Source of the DNA: Tubiluchus corallicola
Lineage: Eukaryota; Animalia; Priapulida
Direction of reading: 5' to 3'
Length of the DNA: 64,000 nt
NCBI GenBank assembly: GCA_030141605.1
Contig: JAQGDQ010000711.1
Span: forward strand, 1 to 64,000
In this document: piece after piece, positions 11,590-24,170 of the stretch
Layout: the number at the start of each line of letters is the position of its first letter
Position numbering within the stretch: position 1 is the first letter of the stretch
Made by a program: the position numbers and the translations under genes
Notes under the pieces: generated by a model
Databases searched by the model: none
What the model was told of the DNA's origin: nothing
The model's input: the letters and a program-made list of their open reading frames with translations, nothing else

Positions 11590-12979
11590 GTTCGTCAGCG
11601 AGACAGTGCTAAGTGTGCAAATGCTAAAACATTCCAAATGCAACTAAAATTCAACTAAAATATCTAGGAAATAATCTACAAATTAAAAACTAAACGCTCT
11701 GATAGGCAGACTTCGTTAAGGATGTCAACACAGCAAAACTGCAAATCTTGCGTAAAACCGTTATCCGACTGTTTTGATTGCGGGCTACTGAAGATGCCTT
11801 TTTGCAACGAACCACGCTACCACCAAATCGAATTCGATTCGAACCTAAAATTATCAATTCGAATAATTCAGCAATTTAACCACATACATCCCTTATTGTT
11901 AAAACGTTTGAAACTTTAAACAATTAGCACAGTTTACCTGTTATTTCAGTGCACAATTTTTCAATAAATTATTAGTGATTTTACTGCAGAACAAAATCGA
12001 ACAATATATATGCACTCTGTAAGACTGCTTTTTACTAGTGGTTTGAAAATCTTTTAAACTCAATTCGAATTCAATGTATACTGAAATTTGATTCAATTCG
12101 AATTCGGAGTTCATAAGCTAGATTCGATTCGAATTCGCTTTCAGATACAATGAGAATGATCACCCTGGCTGTCATGATTACTGCTGAAAAAATTTTGCTG
12201 ATCAGAAAAGAATATATAATGCCACAAATACTTGAAGGCCTCACTGATCTTGCATATCCTTCACATCTTGAGGGTTATGATCACTTTGATCAGAGCAAAT
12301 GTAGCTAAATAGGGTACAGATAAACGTGGCGTAGGAAAATGGCAGGTAAAATGACATGGTAAAAATGGAATAGGTAAAAATAGGACAGAGAAAATTACGT
12401 AAATGAAAAGCATGAAAAAAGGACAATGTACTACTTTGACGAAATAACTTCTATAATAAAACTAGAATATGCTGATGCAGTAGGAATTAAAAGCAGACCT
12501 CTGCAGAAGTGGGAACAATCCTAGACTTATTTGTCTGATTCTTTTGAGTAAAAGAGCACAAAGCAAAAATATACCTGCTGTTAGAATTGTATGAACCAGC
12601 TTTGGACAAAATAATTTTACTTATGTTCAATAAAAAAGCACTCCACCTTGTAGCCAAGCACTCTTTCCAAAGAGCTATAATTCTATAACTATAGTTATAG
12701 GTTCTCCAAAACCTCCACAAGTGCTTCACAGATAATCTTTGTACGTGGTGTTTATTTAAGTTTCACAAAAAATCCATTTTCTCAGTTTGCATGTGCCCAC
12801 TACACCTGTCCAACTGTCTGCATAAAAATGCATCTGTCTTGCCTTCTACTCACCGTCTCCACAAAGTCTTGTGATAACTGTTCTCATTCATTACTCTTTG
12901 CTGTTGTTCTCTTAACAAAAGTTTACGTTACAATCCTGCTTTTTAATTTTTTGGTGCCTTTTCACTATGACCACTGTTT

Positions 12980-13580
12980 GATTTCGACCAATATGACATA
13001 ATACCGCCAATATGTCACGATTTCCCCTTTTGCTGCAACTGAACACACATGCGCATATGGTATTATAAGAAGCAGTAGTAATATATCAACACCACAAAAA
13101 TATTAAGGTTTTGGACTACGGAGGAAGAAGCGTTTCTCAACAGCATCTGGTTGCAGTAACAACGGATTATAGAGTTAACAATCACTGCTGGACAATTTCT
13201 GTCAAATCAAAAAACTGGTGTGGTGCAGGTGTACAGGCTGGCTTATTGATGATGGCAAACATGGACCGTTGCTGCTTGTGACTGTAGGTGCAGAATTAGT
13301 TTATAAACCATGAGGACTCTGTCGTTCTGTAGCGTATAATATAGTAAGCTTACTGATTTTTATTTTCTGTTCTTAAATCCGTAATCGGTGGTAAATTTTG
13401 TGTTTAGTAGTAGTAAATCTCCAGTCTGTTTTTTTACTTTAAATTTAATAGTTAACTCATTAAGAGACTTCGCAGACATCATTTGTAGGGAATAGCGTTG
13501 CTAGGTGATAGCAGCCTGCCGGGCCGGACAAAAACAATTTTAATTGTTGCAACCCCTGCTTTTGGAAACATGGTGGCCAT
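12980..13580. promoter_or_regulatory. Candidate bidirectional promoter region for Hook/ADCY9, with a possible non-coding first exon (~13100-13343, +)
   Basis: Lies between divergent genes. Two CCAAT boxes with a TGACATA...TATGTCA inverted repeat (~12988-13016), ACATGCGCAT (~13047), donor ata|gtaagc at 13344, X-box-like GTTGCTAGGTGAT at 13497. Confidence 0.35.
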
Positions 13581-14526
13581 CCACGTCTGTACCCATCTTA
13601 TTACTTTGCATATTGAAAGTTCTTAAATGGCTAAAACCTCAATTTTAATGGTTACACTTTCATTTCATAACCTCCAAAATTAGGTAGTAAGAGATAGTTT
13701 AGTGTCGCTCTCAGATTTAAAATGCTCATTTCAGAATTGTATAAAGTTTGAAAGGCTTAACTGAATTATGAAGAAACGGAAAATCAATATTTTTCACATT
13801 TGACTACCTATTTAGAACTTGAAATGCACTGCACAAAAAATAGGTGCTACACCTGATCAGCACGTATTACCCACGGTCAGTCGTGATGTGCTGGCATCGG
13901 ACAGTTTTTTGATACCATGCATTAATCCAGCAACAAAATTGAAACTTGAAGCGTAAAGTAAAAGTTTGCTGAGATTTTCAGTTTCCTATATCAACAGGAA
14001 ACATTGGTTTCTTCACTTTTACAACCATGTGATACATATGCAAGTTTCCTGTCAAAATTAAACAAATCTTGATAGCTCTTAATTTTTTTTCAAGTTTATT
14101 TGTTTAAATACAAACTTCTTGATGCAAACACATTTGGGCAACGCTATTATCAGTAGTAATAATGAAGAGATTTTTTAAGTGCAGCAGCATGTTACTAATC
14201 TAACTCCTCATACAGAAAAATTCACTATTCACTATCAGCTTTAGCCGTCATTTTACATTAATTCCTATTAACAAATGAAATCCATTAATTCTTCCATCGA
14301 AATCAATTTAACTGTCTATTGAAGTCATAGAACTAGGACCACATGTATTGCTGGTCAAACTGTGTAGAATATTAATTATCAAGTTTTTTGAAGTGAAGCA
14401 AAAATGTGCCAAAGTTTTTGTCACAATATTACACGAAGAAAATAATGGAATCAATTGAAAATTATGTTATTACGCGAGTTACGTGTCACAGTAGACAGGA
14501 GAAAGTAACTGTTGCAAAAGCAGCAA

Positions 14527-14820
14527 CATCATTACCATCACCAGCATCATTGACATTTTCATCGTCATCATCATTGGCATCATCATCATTGTCATCATGA
14601 TCATCATCATCATGATCATCATCATCGTTGGCATCATCATCATTGTCATCATGAACATCATTATCATCATCATCATCTCTATCATCATCATTATCATCAT
14701 TGCCATCGTCATTTTCATCACCGCCAACATTGTTCTCATCATCATCATCATTATTATTATTATTAATAATATTATTTTTATTATCATCATCATCGTCATC
14801 ATCATTATTATTATTATTAC
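14527..14820. repeat. Degenerate (CAT)n/(ATT)n microsatellite
   Basis: Direct inspection. Confidence 0.9.
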
Positions 14821-16045
14821 CTTAATATTATTTAAAGCATTATTGAAATTCTGTGCCACCTAGGGCTTATAATTGCTTTAAAATGTACTTTAATTTTAAT
14901 CACGAGCCCTTTACGTTTACAAACAGCAAGAATGTTGGGTTATTTGCTTAGACTATTTCGAAGATTTGGAAGTTTTAAATTAGTGAATTACAAAACTAAG
15001 TTCAAGAAAAAAAATTGTGTGCAAGCGCTTCTTGTGGTAGTTCTCCTAGCGGCTGATACAGTTTCTCAGTTTCCAGCAATCAACAATTTTTGTCTTTAAT
15101 TTCCCCAGCTTCCTCTGCCGCTCTGTACGGTCAATATAGACATTTTCTTTAATGGAATTCCTGATACCATAATCCGGAGGATTCAGTCCCATTTTTTCCT
15201 CACAACAAATCTTTCTTGGTGCTTTATTTTCTCTGATGATGAACATTAGATATACTGATCCGTACTTTATTGTTTTACTACCATGTATTGAGTGTGCTAT
15301 ACGTCTTTTTTGTTGGCGATTTTTTTTTATATGAGTGACTGTTTTTTTAAATTGATAATTAGCTGACGTTGTACTGGTATTTAAATTTTTATTTTACAAA
15401 AGTTTTTCAGCCGCAACATGAAAACAGCTAAAAATTGTAACTTCCGCTGCTAAAATTTAGTGTTCTGTAGCATCATACATTGAAATTTCAACTTTGTAGA
15501 ACACCTGCTCCAGTATTATTGTAGCCTAGACTTCGGTAGACTTTCTGTGCCACCCAGTATGAGTAGCATTATCGAGTAATGTACTATAGGTATGCATAAA
15601 CCCAGAGAAAAATCAAGGAGGTATTTTACACAAAACACATAATATAATGGACACTTTGTGCTTTTTTACCATACTGGTATAAAAGTTACCTTGAAAGTAT
15701 TTCGCTATGTAATAGTTAACATGTTGATCTAATCTAAGTTTCGCAAAGGTAACATTGTTTTCTCCTTTGCTCCTTAATTAGGCCTACCCATCATACGAAA
15801 AGAAAAGTCCTAAAATAATTTGATCTTTTCTATCCAACTTGCGTAGACATTTTGCAACACAACTGTGTAATTACTGTGGCCGTGCGAGTCAAATGTTGAA
15901 GCAATGACATGCATAAATTGCATCCGTGTCAAAACATGTTCTCACTGAACTTTGAATTCATAGACAAGTAGGGGCAGATTTTTGTAAATGTGGTATGTGT
16001 GCCGCTCAACTCTCTGTTTAAATATACACTGTGAGTAAATTTTGC

Positions 16046-16560
16046 TTAAGGGAGAAGAAAAGGGGTCCCTGAAGTAGGTTTCAGAAAAATCGCCTTAAAA
16101 ATTATATTTTTTATAGCAATTTTATACATATATCGTACTTGCTTTGAAAGGATTTTTTGTTTCTTTTCATTTTAAATCTCCCGCAATATTGTTCCGACTG
16201 CGTCATTACATGACATCATATACGCACAACGTAAATCAGGGGAAGAAAAGGAAATTTAACCTGTCCCAAAAAACTTTCCATGCAAAGTTATATTACTGAG
16301 CACTTTTTAATCTTATTGACAAAATATAGTAATTTAAAATTTCACCTAGTGACGCGTGAGCTACAAACATTCTTCTTATTTTTTCAAACTTTACTCAGTG
16401 TTTTCTGAATTTGTTTCAAATGACTTATCGCCAAAATGGCTGCATCTAATAGTCATTGCTGGAGATTAAATTTGCATGTTTTATACAGCTTTACTGCCGC
16501 CGCAAGCCCTGAATGCAAAAAGCATTATGTAAATGGTATCAAATTTCAAGACGAATTTCA
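16046..16560 (+). mobile_element. Kolobok-like family copy
   Basis: TTAAGGGAGAAGAAAAGGGG...AAAAATCGCCTTAAAA start and internal AAAATGGCTGCATCTAA...TTTTATACAGC shared with the reverse complement of 52918-53567. Confidence 0.6.
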
Positions 16561-16975
16561 AGAAGAGCCTAAATTCAATAGTGCTAATAATCAAAATGTT
16601 CTGCTTGTGAGCCTAGCTAGTGATGACATCACAACTAAGCATAATTTTCAACAACACAAATATTTGACAAATTGCAAAATAATATAAATTGCAAATTATA
16701 CTATAATGTTCTCCTCTTATTCTTAGCTTCTTTATGTAAGTTAAATTGTCTTTTGAAATTAATTTCGCCTGCACCTTCCTGCTGCTTTATATATTATAAT
16801 ACAGCTAGGCTTTAGCTGTTTTAAATTTCCTCACCCCGGAGTTATTTTTAGCTTGCGACTGTAGTTCTATTTACCCAAGGACCAACGATTGCTTATACCT
16901 GTTTGCTAAAGAATTTACATTTACTCATAGTTGGCTGAATGTTTTCGTTTTCATCTATTTATAGCAATAAGGGTT

Positions 16976-16987
16976 TGCGCATGCGCA
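16976..16987. promoter_or_regulatory. Perfect NRF1/Ewg-type palindrome TGCGCATGCGCA
   Basis: Exact match to YGCGCAYGCGCR in AT-rich DNA about 2.3 kb upstream of the ADCY9 coding exon. Confidence 0.5.
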
Positions 16988-18788
16988 GAAAGAAAGTAAA
17001 AACTTGGCGGTCTAGACTTGGGAGAGCTGGTACCGTTTTTTTAGAAAGAGCGTGACACAGTGATTGAAATTAAACGTTAGAAATGGTTGGAATTGGGTTA
17101 CGTTGGGTCTGTAGGTTTCAGTGCGTTTTAGCATTAATTTGTATGTTATATGTTTATCATTATTTTGAATAGTCTACTAGTGTTTGCACGCGTAGGTTGT
17201 CCCAATATGTATATAATCACGTCAGCTACTTATAGGCTAGCAAAATATCTAAAAACCAGTTTCTTATAATTTTATATGTTTATGCTTATTACATATAACT
17301 ATAAAATTTGTACGGAATAAACTGCAACAGTATCACATTGTTGTGAATATTTTTTTACACTGAAATTGAACACTGTTGTTCCTTCTATAAATTTCCAACT
17401 TTACTCATTGCTTGATGGTATTTACTCACTGGGTTCAGGCAAAAAAAATCTCAGACTTTTTTGAATCAAGCTTAAGCTTTGTTTACGTTTTATTGACGTT
17501 GAAAAGCTCCCTATTATGTAACAAATTCAGCAAGTTCTCCGAAATGCCAAGAACTCCCACCGATTTTCGAAATCTCTGATCTTTACTGAAGACCAGCCCA
17601 CCTGCTGGTCTAGTCAGTTAATATCAATTTGCAAGATCTTACACCTGTCTACCTGAGTAACAAATTTATCTGTCTTAAGAATGCTCCAGCAGATCTGCAA
17701 CAAATAATTCAGTTCAATTCAATTTAGTTATTAACTCCGCATGAATTATCAACATACAGTATTAGAAACACATGTAATATTTTGAAGCAAGGGAGAAGGA
17801 CAGCGAAGAACTCGTAGGTTATCTAGTCCGGCACCCTTAAATAGCCAGGATTAAGTAAAATTAATTTTGGCACCATTCTCAATTTAAATTTGAATTCTGT
17901 TGACGTGTGTAATTGGCAATTAAATGATGGGAAACGTAATACTGTAGAACATTATAATTTAAATAACCAAAAATTTACAATTCTAAACTACTGTGAATCA
18001 GGCGAATCAAACAAAATAAAAATAACTGAAAATTTTAACACAAAAGAAAATGCATAATTTGAGCATTAACTTCAAAATCTGACAAAAAACAATAAACAGT
18101 AGAATGATCAACCAAAGATGTCGAGAAAAAGAATATAATAAATTAAACCAAAGAAAAACAAGCTAAATATAAATCATACAAGAACAAAAAAAACAAGCAA
18201 ATACGAAAAAGCAAAACTGACATGATGTAATAATAAGATCAATGACTGAAGTTGTTGAGAAAAAGAATATAATAAATTAAATCATCGAAAACTAAGTCAA
18301 CTGTAAATAAGACAGAATGAAATCGAAATATAGCCAAAAATTAAACAGAAACTTAAGGTGTCGTAACAATGAACTAAATGTGAAGAAACACTAATGAAAT
18401 GAATTCGAAAGAACTCAGGTAAAGTCACATCACGTTCTCCCAGGTAAAGTCACATCACATTCTCCTCCTTGATTTACACACAGAAGCAGGGAATGAGAAT
18501 TATGACGGAAAGCAGCTAAGTAATGGTAAAATCTGCTGTGTTAAAGGAAAACAGCATCAGTTTTCATATTCTGCCTCATTTTCGAGTACAGTAAAAATTG
18601 TGCATTTTAAGACCCATAATTATAATTGTATTGACATTACCTATAGTAATGCGAAAGCATTTCTGATAATTAAATAATAGGTTGAAGACTTAATTAACGG
18701 TAAGTGAGCTCAACTAGTGATGACATCACAACTGAACATGATTATGAACAGCACAAACATTTTGTGAGTGATTTGCACATGAAAACAA

Positions 18789-19235
18789 AGTAACTCGCCG
18801 AGATGTTCACACTAGCTATTAAATCAGATTTTAGAGTAACTGCAGGAGAGTTTACAATTTCTTGCCAACAGTAAATCACGAGGCAGTTCACACTTGCAAG
18901 TTTGCTGTCAGAGAGAAGACTCATGAGAGTAACTTGCCGAGGCGTTCACACTAGACATTAAATCAGATTTTAGAGTAACTATAGGAGAGTTTACAATTTC
19001 TTGCCAACAGTAAGTCACGAGGCAGTTCACACTTGCAAGTTTGCTGTCAGAGAGAAGACTCATGAGAGTAACTCGCCGAGGCGTTCACACTAGACATTAA
19101 ATCAGATTTTAGAGTAACTATAAGAGAGTTTACAATTTCTTGCCAACAGTAAGTCACGAGGCAGTTCACACTTGCGAGTTTGCTGTCAGAGAGAGGACTC
19201 ACGACAGAAAACTCGCTAGTCTCAATGCTCCGTTT
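18789..19235 (-). mobile_element. Harbinger-like family copy with a 139-bp internal triplication
   Basis: AGTAACT(C/T)GCCGAG at 18789, 18928 and 19067; ends AGAAAACTCGCTAGT about 90 bp before the ADCY9 acceptor. Confidence 0.6.
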
Positions 19236-19342
19236 TAAACGCAATGAAAGGGCGACACTTGAAGAAGTAAACAAACTCTCACGTAAATCTTCTGCAATAA
19301 TAGCAGTAATTTTTTGTCTTTTTGCAGGGTTAGATAAATAGC

Positions 19343-20927
19343 ATGGCAGCCATTGGTGCAGCCAGTGCAGGGGGCGCTGTTGCCGTTTCTTACCAAGTCG
19401 ACCCCGATGAGCCTAGAGCTGTCAACATCACGATTCACGACAGCCCGTCTAAACCGAAAAAGAAAGGGGCAAATTTTCTCAAATCGGGCAGCAATTGTAA
19501 AAAGGACGGAGCTACTCTGCTTAAGCCGAGCAGTAAGAGCCGAAGGAGGTGGATTCCCATCCTGTTTGACCGAGCCTCGGGAAGTTGGTGGAATCCGAAG
19601 TTTGACTCGCAGATCCTGGAGGATCAGCACTGGATAAGCGCATTTCCCCAGGAAAAGCGAAGGTTCAGATATGCGTTGTTCTACGTGATCCTGTCCGCCG
19701 TGGCTTGGTGTATATTCTTTGGTGTCACATCGGACCACGACAAAGGTGATACTCAATGGATCTTTATCGTCGTCGGGTCCAGCGTTCTAGCTTTCGTCAG
19801 CGTCGCTATTCTCATGTTCACGTACAACAGCCGGTACTGTAAGAACTACCTGTACACGTCGTTGTTCATGACATTCCTACTATGTATATTATCCCTAGGC
19901 ATTCGCGTACCGAGCAGCGCTGCGTTTGAAAACGAGAACAATTTAACTGTAATATCATCAGTTGGCGGCTTTACGATCATGGTAGAAATATTGTTGCTGA
20001 TGTATACCGTGTTTCCGATGCCGCTACATTTCTGCGTGATTACAGGTTTGTTGTACTCCATTGTTTCGGAGATTTTAAGCGGCTACTTATACAGTGACTA
20101 TACAGGAAAGCTTATTATTTGTAACATCCTTTTACATTTGTGCATTCACATTATTGGCATTCACATATTTATCATGTCACAAGTACGGACTCGTAGCACA
20201 TTTTGGAAGGTGTGCCAGTCTATAATTGCTCGGCGGGACCTGGCAATTGAGCACCAACTTAAGGAAAAGATGATTCACTCCGTCATGCCGCCTAAAGTGG
20301 CGGACGATTTGATGAAAACTAACGACGACGCCATTATTGTAGAGGTGGGCAAGAGAAGACCGTCTTCTCCGCGTAACAATAAGATTTCCAAACCCTCTAA
20401 ACCCCAGTTAGCATTCCGACCATTCAATATGATTCGAATGGAACACGTCAGCATTCTGTTTGCAGATATCGTTGGCTTTACAAAAATGAGCTCCACGAAG
20501 GAAGCAGATGTTCTCGTTGGTCTACTAAACGACCTCTTTGGACGGTTTGACAAACTGTGCGAAGCGTCCGGATGCGAAAAGATATCGACGTTGGGCGATT
20601 GTTATTACTGCGTGTCTGGATGTCCCGAGCCCCGAGCCGATCACGCCAAATGTGCTGTGGAAATGGGACTGGCAATGATACGGGCCATCAAAGAATTCGA
20701 CGAAGATAACAACGAGGAAGTTAACATGAGGGTGGGTGTGCACACTGGCACTGTACTCTGTGGCATCGTTGGGACCCGCCGTTTCAAGTTTGATGTGTGG
20801 TCCAACGATGTGACGTTTGCGAATATGATGGAGTCTACAGGTAAGCCTGGCCGGGTACATGTCAGCGAGGTCACACGGAAGTTCTTGGATGGCATGTATG
20901 AAACGGAGTCCGGAGAGTCGCAGGATG
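19343..20927 (+). CDS. ADCY9: Adenylate cyclase type 9, first coding exon (N-terminus, first 6-TM bundle, C1a catalytic domain)
   Basis: LFDRASGSWWNPKFDS, VSILFADIVGFTKMS, CEKISTLGDCYYCVSGCPEPRADHA and MRVGVHTG...KFDVWSNDV are AC9-type motifs. Acceptor tttttgcag ends at 19327; donor G|gtaagt at 20928. Confidence 0.95.
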
Positions 20928-21176
20928 GTAAGTTTACTTTCATTTACACTGTTCAGATATTTATAACTTTTTAGCTAGAATAATAATGATTGGTTAGGCG
21001 TGTGTAGCAGTAATGTACCAATCACAAATGTATGCAGTATGACATTTTAATCTGATGAGCTAGCACTTTCCTAGTAATCTTAAAACCTGCCTTGTTATTT
21101 ATACAGTTTTGAAGCCCATGAATCTTCTAACTGCAGTGCTATAATATATGATAGGGGCTAAAATGTGCATATAGCC

Positions 21177-21554
21177 TGAGTGATCCATCTTCTATAAATC
21201 ATCTGAGTGATACATCTTGTATAAATCACTTGAGTGATCCATCTTGTATAAATCACTTGAGTGATCCATCTTGTATAAATCACTTGAGTGATCCATCTTG
21301 TACTTGAGTGATCCATCTTGTATAAATCACTTGAGTGATCCATCTTGTATAAATCACTTGAGTGATCCATCTTGTATAAATCACTTGAGTGATCCATCTT
21401 GTATAAATCACTTGAGTGATCCATCTTCTATAAATCACTTGAGTGATCCATCTTCTATAAATCACTTGAGTGATCCGTCTTCTATAAATCTCTTGAGTGA
21501 TCCATCTTGTATAAATCACTTGAGTAATCCTTCTTGTATAAATCACTTGAGTGA
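21177..21554. repeat. 27-bp minisatellite, ~14 copies
   Basis: TGAGTGATCCATCTTGTATAAATCACT. Confidence 0.95.
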
Positions 21555-22083
21555 CCATTACGTATCTTTCAGAGACACAAAAAGCTGTTACTAAGTTGTT
21601 TTCCCGGAAACTTTGCTTTCCTTATTCAGCGTAGCAAGTTCCTGTAGTGAGTTTCCCCTTTGACAGCTAATTTGCAAGTGTGAACTGCTTTGCGAATTAC
21701 TGTGTATAAGTTATCTTTGGCAGTTGCTGCGAGTTGATGTCCTGCAAGTTACTGCAGTTCACACTACCGCTAGTGTGAACGCCTCGGCAAGTTACTCTCT
21801 ACACTTCTCTCAGCGAATAGAAAAGCGTGTGTCACCTCGTGCTGTAATACTGCCGGAGAGTAACTCATAGCAAGTTTTAGTCTCTAGTCTGAACCCGCAA
21901 GTTACTTGGTGTGTTCACTTAGCAAGAAGACTTGCTAGTCTGAACGCAGTTTGCGAGTTACTTATAGAGTTAACTTAGCCAGAAAACTTGCTGTTGCAGT
22001 TACCGTCTGACCATTTAATGATAAAAATCATTATCATTATATCATCATTATCATTAATGACAGAAATCAATATATACATATAT

Positions 22084-22114
<31 letters not shown>

Positions 22115-22332
22115 CTTATATATATATAAGTTGTGCAAATACATATAACATTTTTAAACTCCACGGTTTTGGGATTATTTGAGGATCTTTAAGGATACAT
22201 GCAGCCAGGAGTCTCCACTTTATTTATTTACTCGTAACAGACTTTTGTTGATTCTCCTGGAGCTCAAAGTTTATTGAAACTTAGAAATTTTCTCTGTCAG
22301 CTCTTTGAAGGTGGCTTCAAAAACTCTTACAC

Positions 22333-22592
22333 GTAATTGTAGAATTTAAATAAAATGGCGATAACAATGTAATTTTAGAATTTAAATAAAATTGCGATAA
22401 CAATGTAATTTTAGAATTTAAATAAAATGGCGATAACAATGTAATTTTAGAATCTAAATAAAATGGTGGTAACAATGTAATTTTAGAATTTAAATAAAAT
22501 GGTGATAACAATGTAATTTTAGAATCTAAATAAAATGGTGGTAACAATGTAATTTTAGAATTTAAATAAAATAGTGGTAACAACGTAATTTT
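22333..22592. repeat. 36-bp minisatellite, ~7 copies
   Basis: AATGTAATTTTAGAATTTAAATAAAATGGCGATAAC. Confidence 0.9.
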
Positions 22593-22944
22593 AAAAACTA
22601 TGTATCTTTGAAAAAGTAGTTCTGTACTAAGGTGGGAGCTCGAAATTTGTAAAGTGGTGTAAGAATATTAAATTTTAATGATTTTTTGTCAAAGTTTATG
22701 ATGTTACCATGGTGCTATTTTTTATATTGGAAGGCATATGCTTAGCAGTTTGAATAAAAATGTGCAGATGAATTTGTTTCTCCCTTTTCATTAGTGTATT
22801 AAAAAATAGAACAAATCCACTTTTAAGGTTCATTTCAAGAAAGTTCAGAATTTCTATTATAAACTAACCAGATTTGATAGTTTAGATTTTGGAACCCTGA
22901 GAAGTTGAGTTTTCACATTTTATTCATAAATCTGACCTGAAATC

Positions 22945-23450
22945 TTCTTCTTCTTCTTCTTCTTCTGCCCAGCTTTTCCCTATGCGGGGTCGCCGTTGTG
23001 AATGAGTCTTCTCCACACATTCCTGTTGTTGACCATCTCTTCATTTATGTCCTTCCTTCCCACATGATCTTCACCGACTCTTCTTTTCAGGTGTCCATAC
23101 CATCGCAATCTTGCGAGGCTTCCACTACTTTTACTGTTCCTCTGATATTATTATTTCTAATTTTATCTCTTCTTGTTATTCCCACCATTCATCTCAACAT
23201 CCTCATCTCCACCACACCCATTTTCTTCTCTTCGGTCTTCTTTAGAGAAACTGCTTCCAGCCCATAGATTAGAGCGGGTCTGACCACTTCTTCGTGGACT
23301 TTCCCTTTAAGTCTCACCGACTCATTCATAGAAGGCTTTGGCGCAGTTTTTACAGGCGGATGCCCTTCCTGACCCTAACCCTCCCTATTTATCCGGGCTT
23401 GGGACCGGCACTGAGTTGGGCTGGCTTGCCCCCCCCCCCAGTGGCTAGGT
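22945..23450 (-). mobile_element. Bipartite (internally deleted) RTE-type non-LTR retroelement
   Basis: 18-bp TSD TAAATCTGACCTGAAATC (22927-22944 / 23451-23468) and (GAA)n tail. The minus strand reads VRLKGKVHEEVVRPALIYGLE...EMRMLR*...RRDKIRN, then RLRWYGH in another frame. RTE-like 5' segment GTGCCGGTCCCAAGCCCGGATAAA. Confidence 0.85.
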
Positions 23451-23919
23451 TAAATCTGACCTGAAATCATATACTTTAATTTGCCACCCTGTGAATTTCG
23501 TAAATGAGTTTGGTTATTCACCGGACATGACTTTGGGTCATATTAGGGGAGAGTGAACAGTTATCGACCAAGCGATGTAGAAAGAATATGGTGGGGTTAT
23601 TTATTCTGAGCACACTTTTATAAATTAAAATTAATCTCTTGACAAATCATGGCAGCATTTGTCATTCGGTCGTAAGTCACGGTTGCGCTGAGTCGCCAAA
23701 AATGACCCGTCTTCAATTCCATTACAAGTCAACATAGTCAGCCCCGCAATATGGATTTGCTTGGTAAGACGCGCGCTGGACAAATTTAATGATCGATGCC
23801 TCTCACGCTTAATTACACTGCTGACTGTAGTTAATCCATCAAACATTTAACTGTTTCTCTGAGAAGAAAAAGCGTAGCGGACAACTACAGGGGACACGTT
23901 GACCTGCATGCTGTAACTG

Positions 23920-24170
23920 TGGGTGAGCATCGAACCTGTTCGAATCGAGGTTTTTTTAGTTCGAATTTGATTCGAATCTGAAATTGTGTAGATTCGAATA
24001 ATTCGCCGCTTCAACTATACGTATGCCCCCCTTTATGATTAAAACAATCGAAACAGCGTGTAAGTAGCAGAATTTAGCTGCAATTTCTGTGCAGAATTTT
24101 TATACAAATTATTAGTGTTTGATTCGGATTCAAAATCTCGAAATTCGATTCAATTCGCTTTCTTTCAGAG
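23920..24170. mobile_element. TTCGA-rich dispersed repeat (relative at ~11820-12150)
   Basis: Clusters of TTCGAATTCGATTCG-type motifs at both ends and a shared AATTATTAGTG. Confidence 0.4.

Noticed and set aside
11590-11643. 18-aa N-terminal extension of Hook
   Set aside because: Starts at TTG; Hook homology begins at the ATG at 11589
14406-14863. Poly-Met, poly-Ile and poly-Ser ORFs (also 62464-63009)
   Set aside because: Translations of CAT/ATT microsatellites
19235-20943. Antisense ORFs over ADCY9 (and those over Hook)
   Set aside because: Shadow frames of real coding sequence
21052-21085. CTGATGAG-CTAG...CTAG resembling a hammerhead or C/D box
   Set aside because: No GAAA after the stem and no supporting helices
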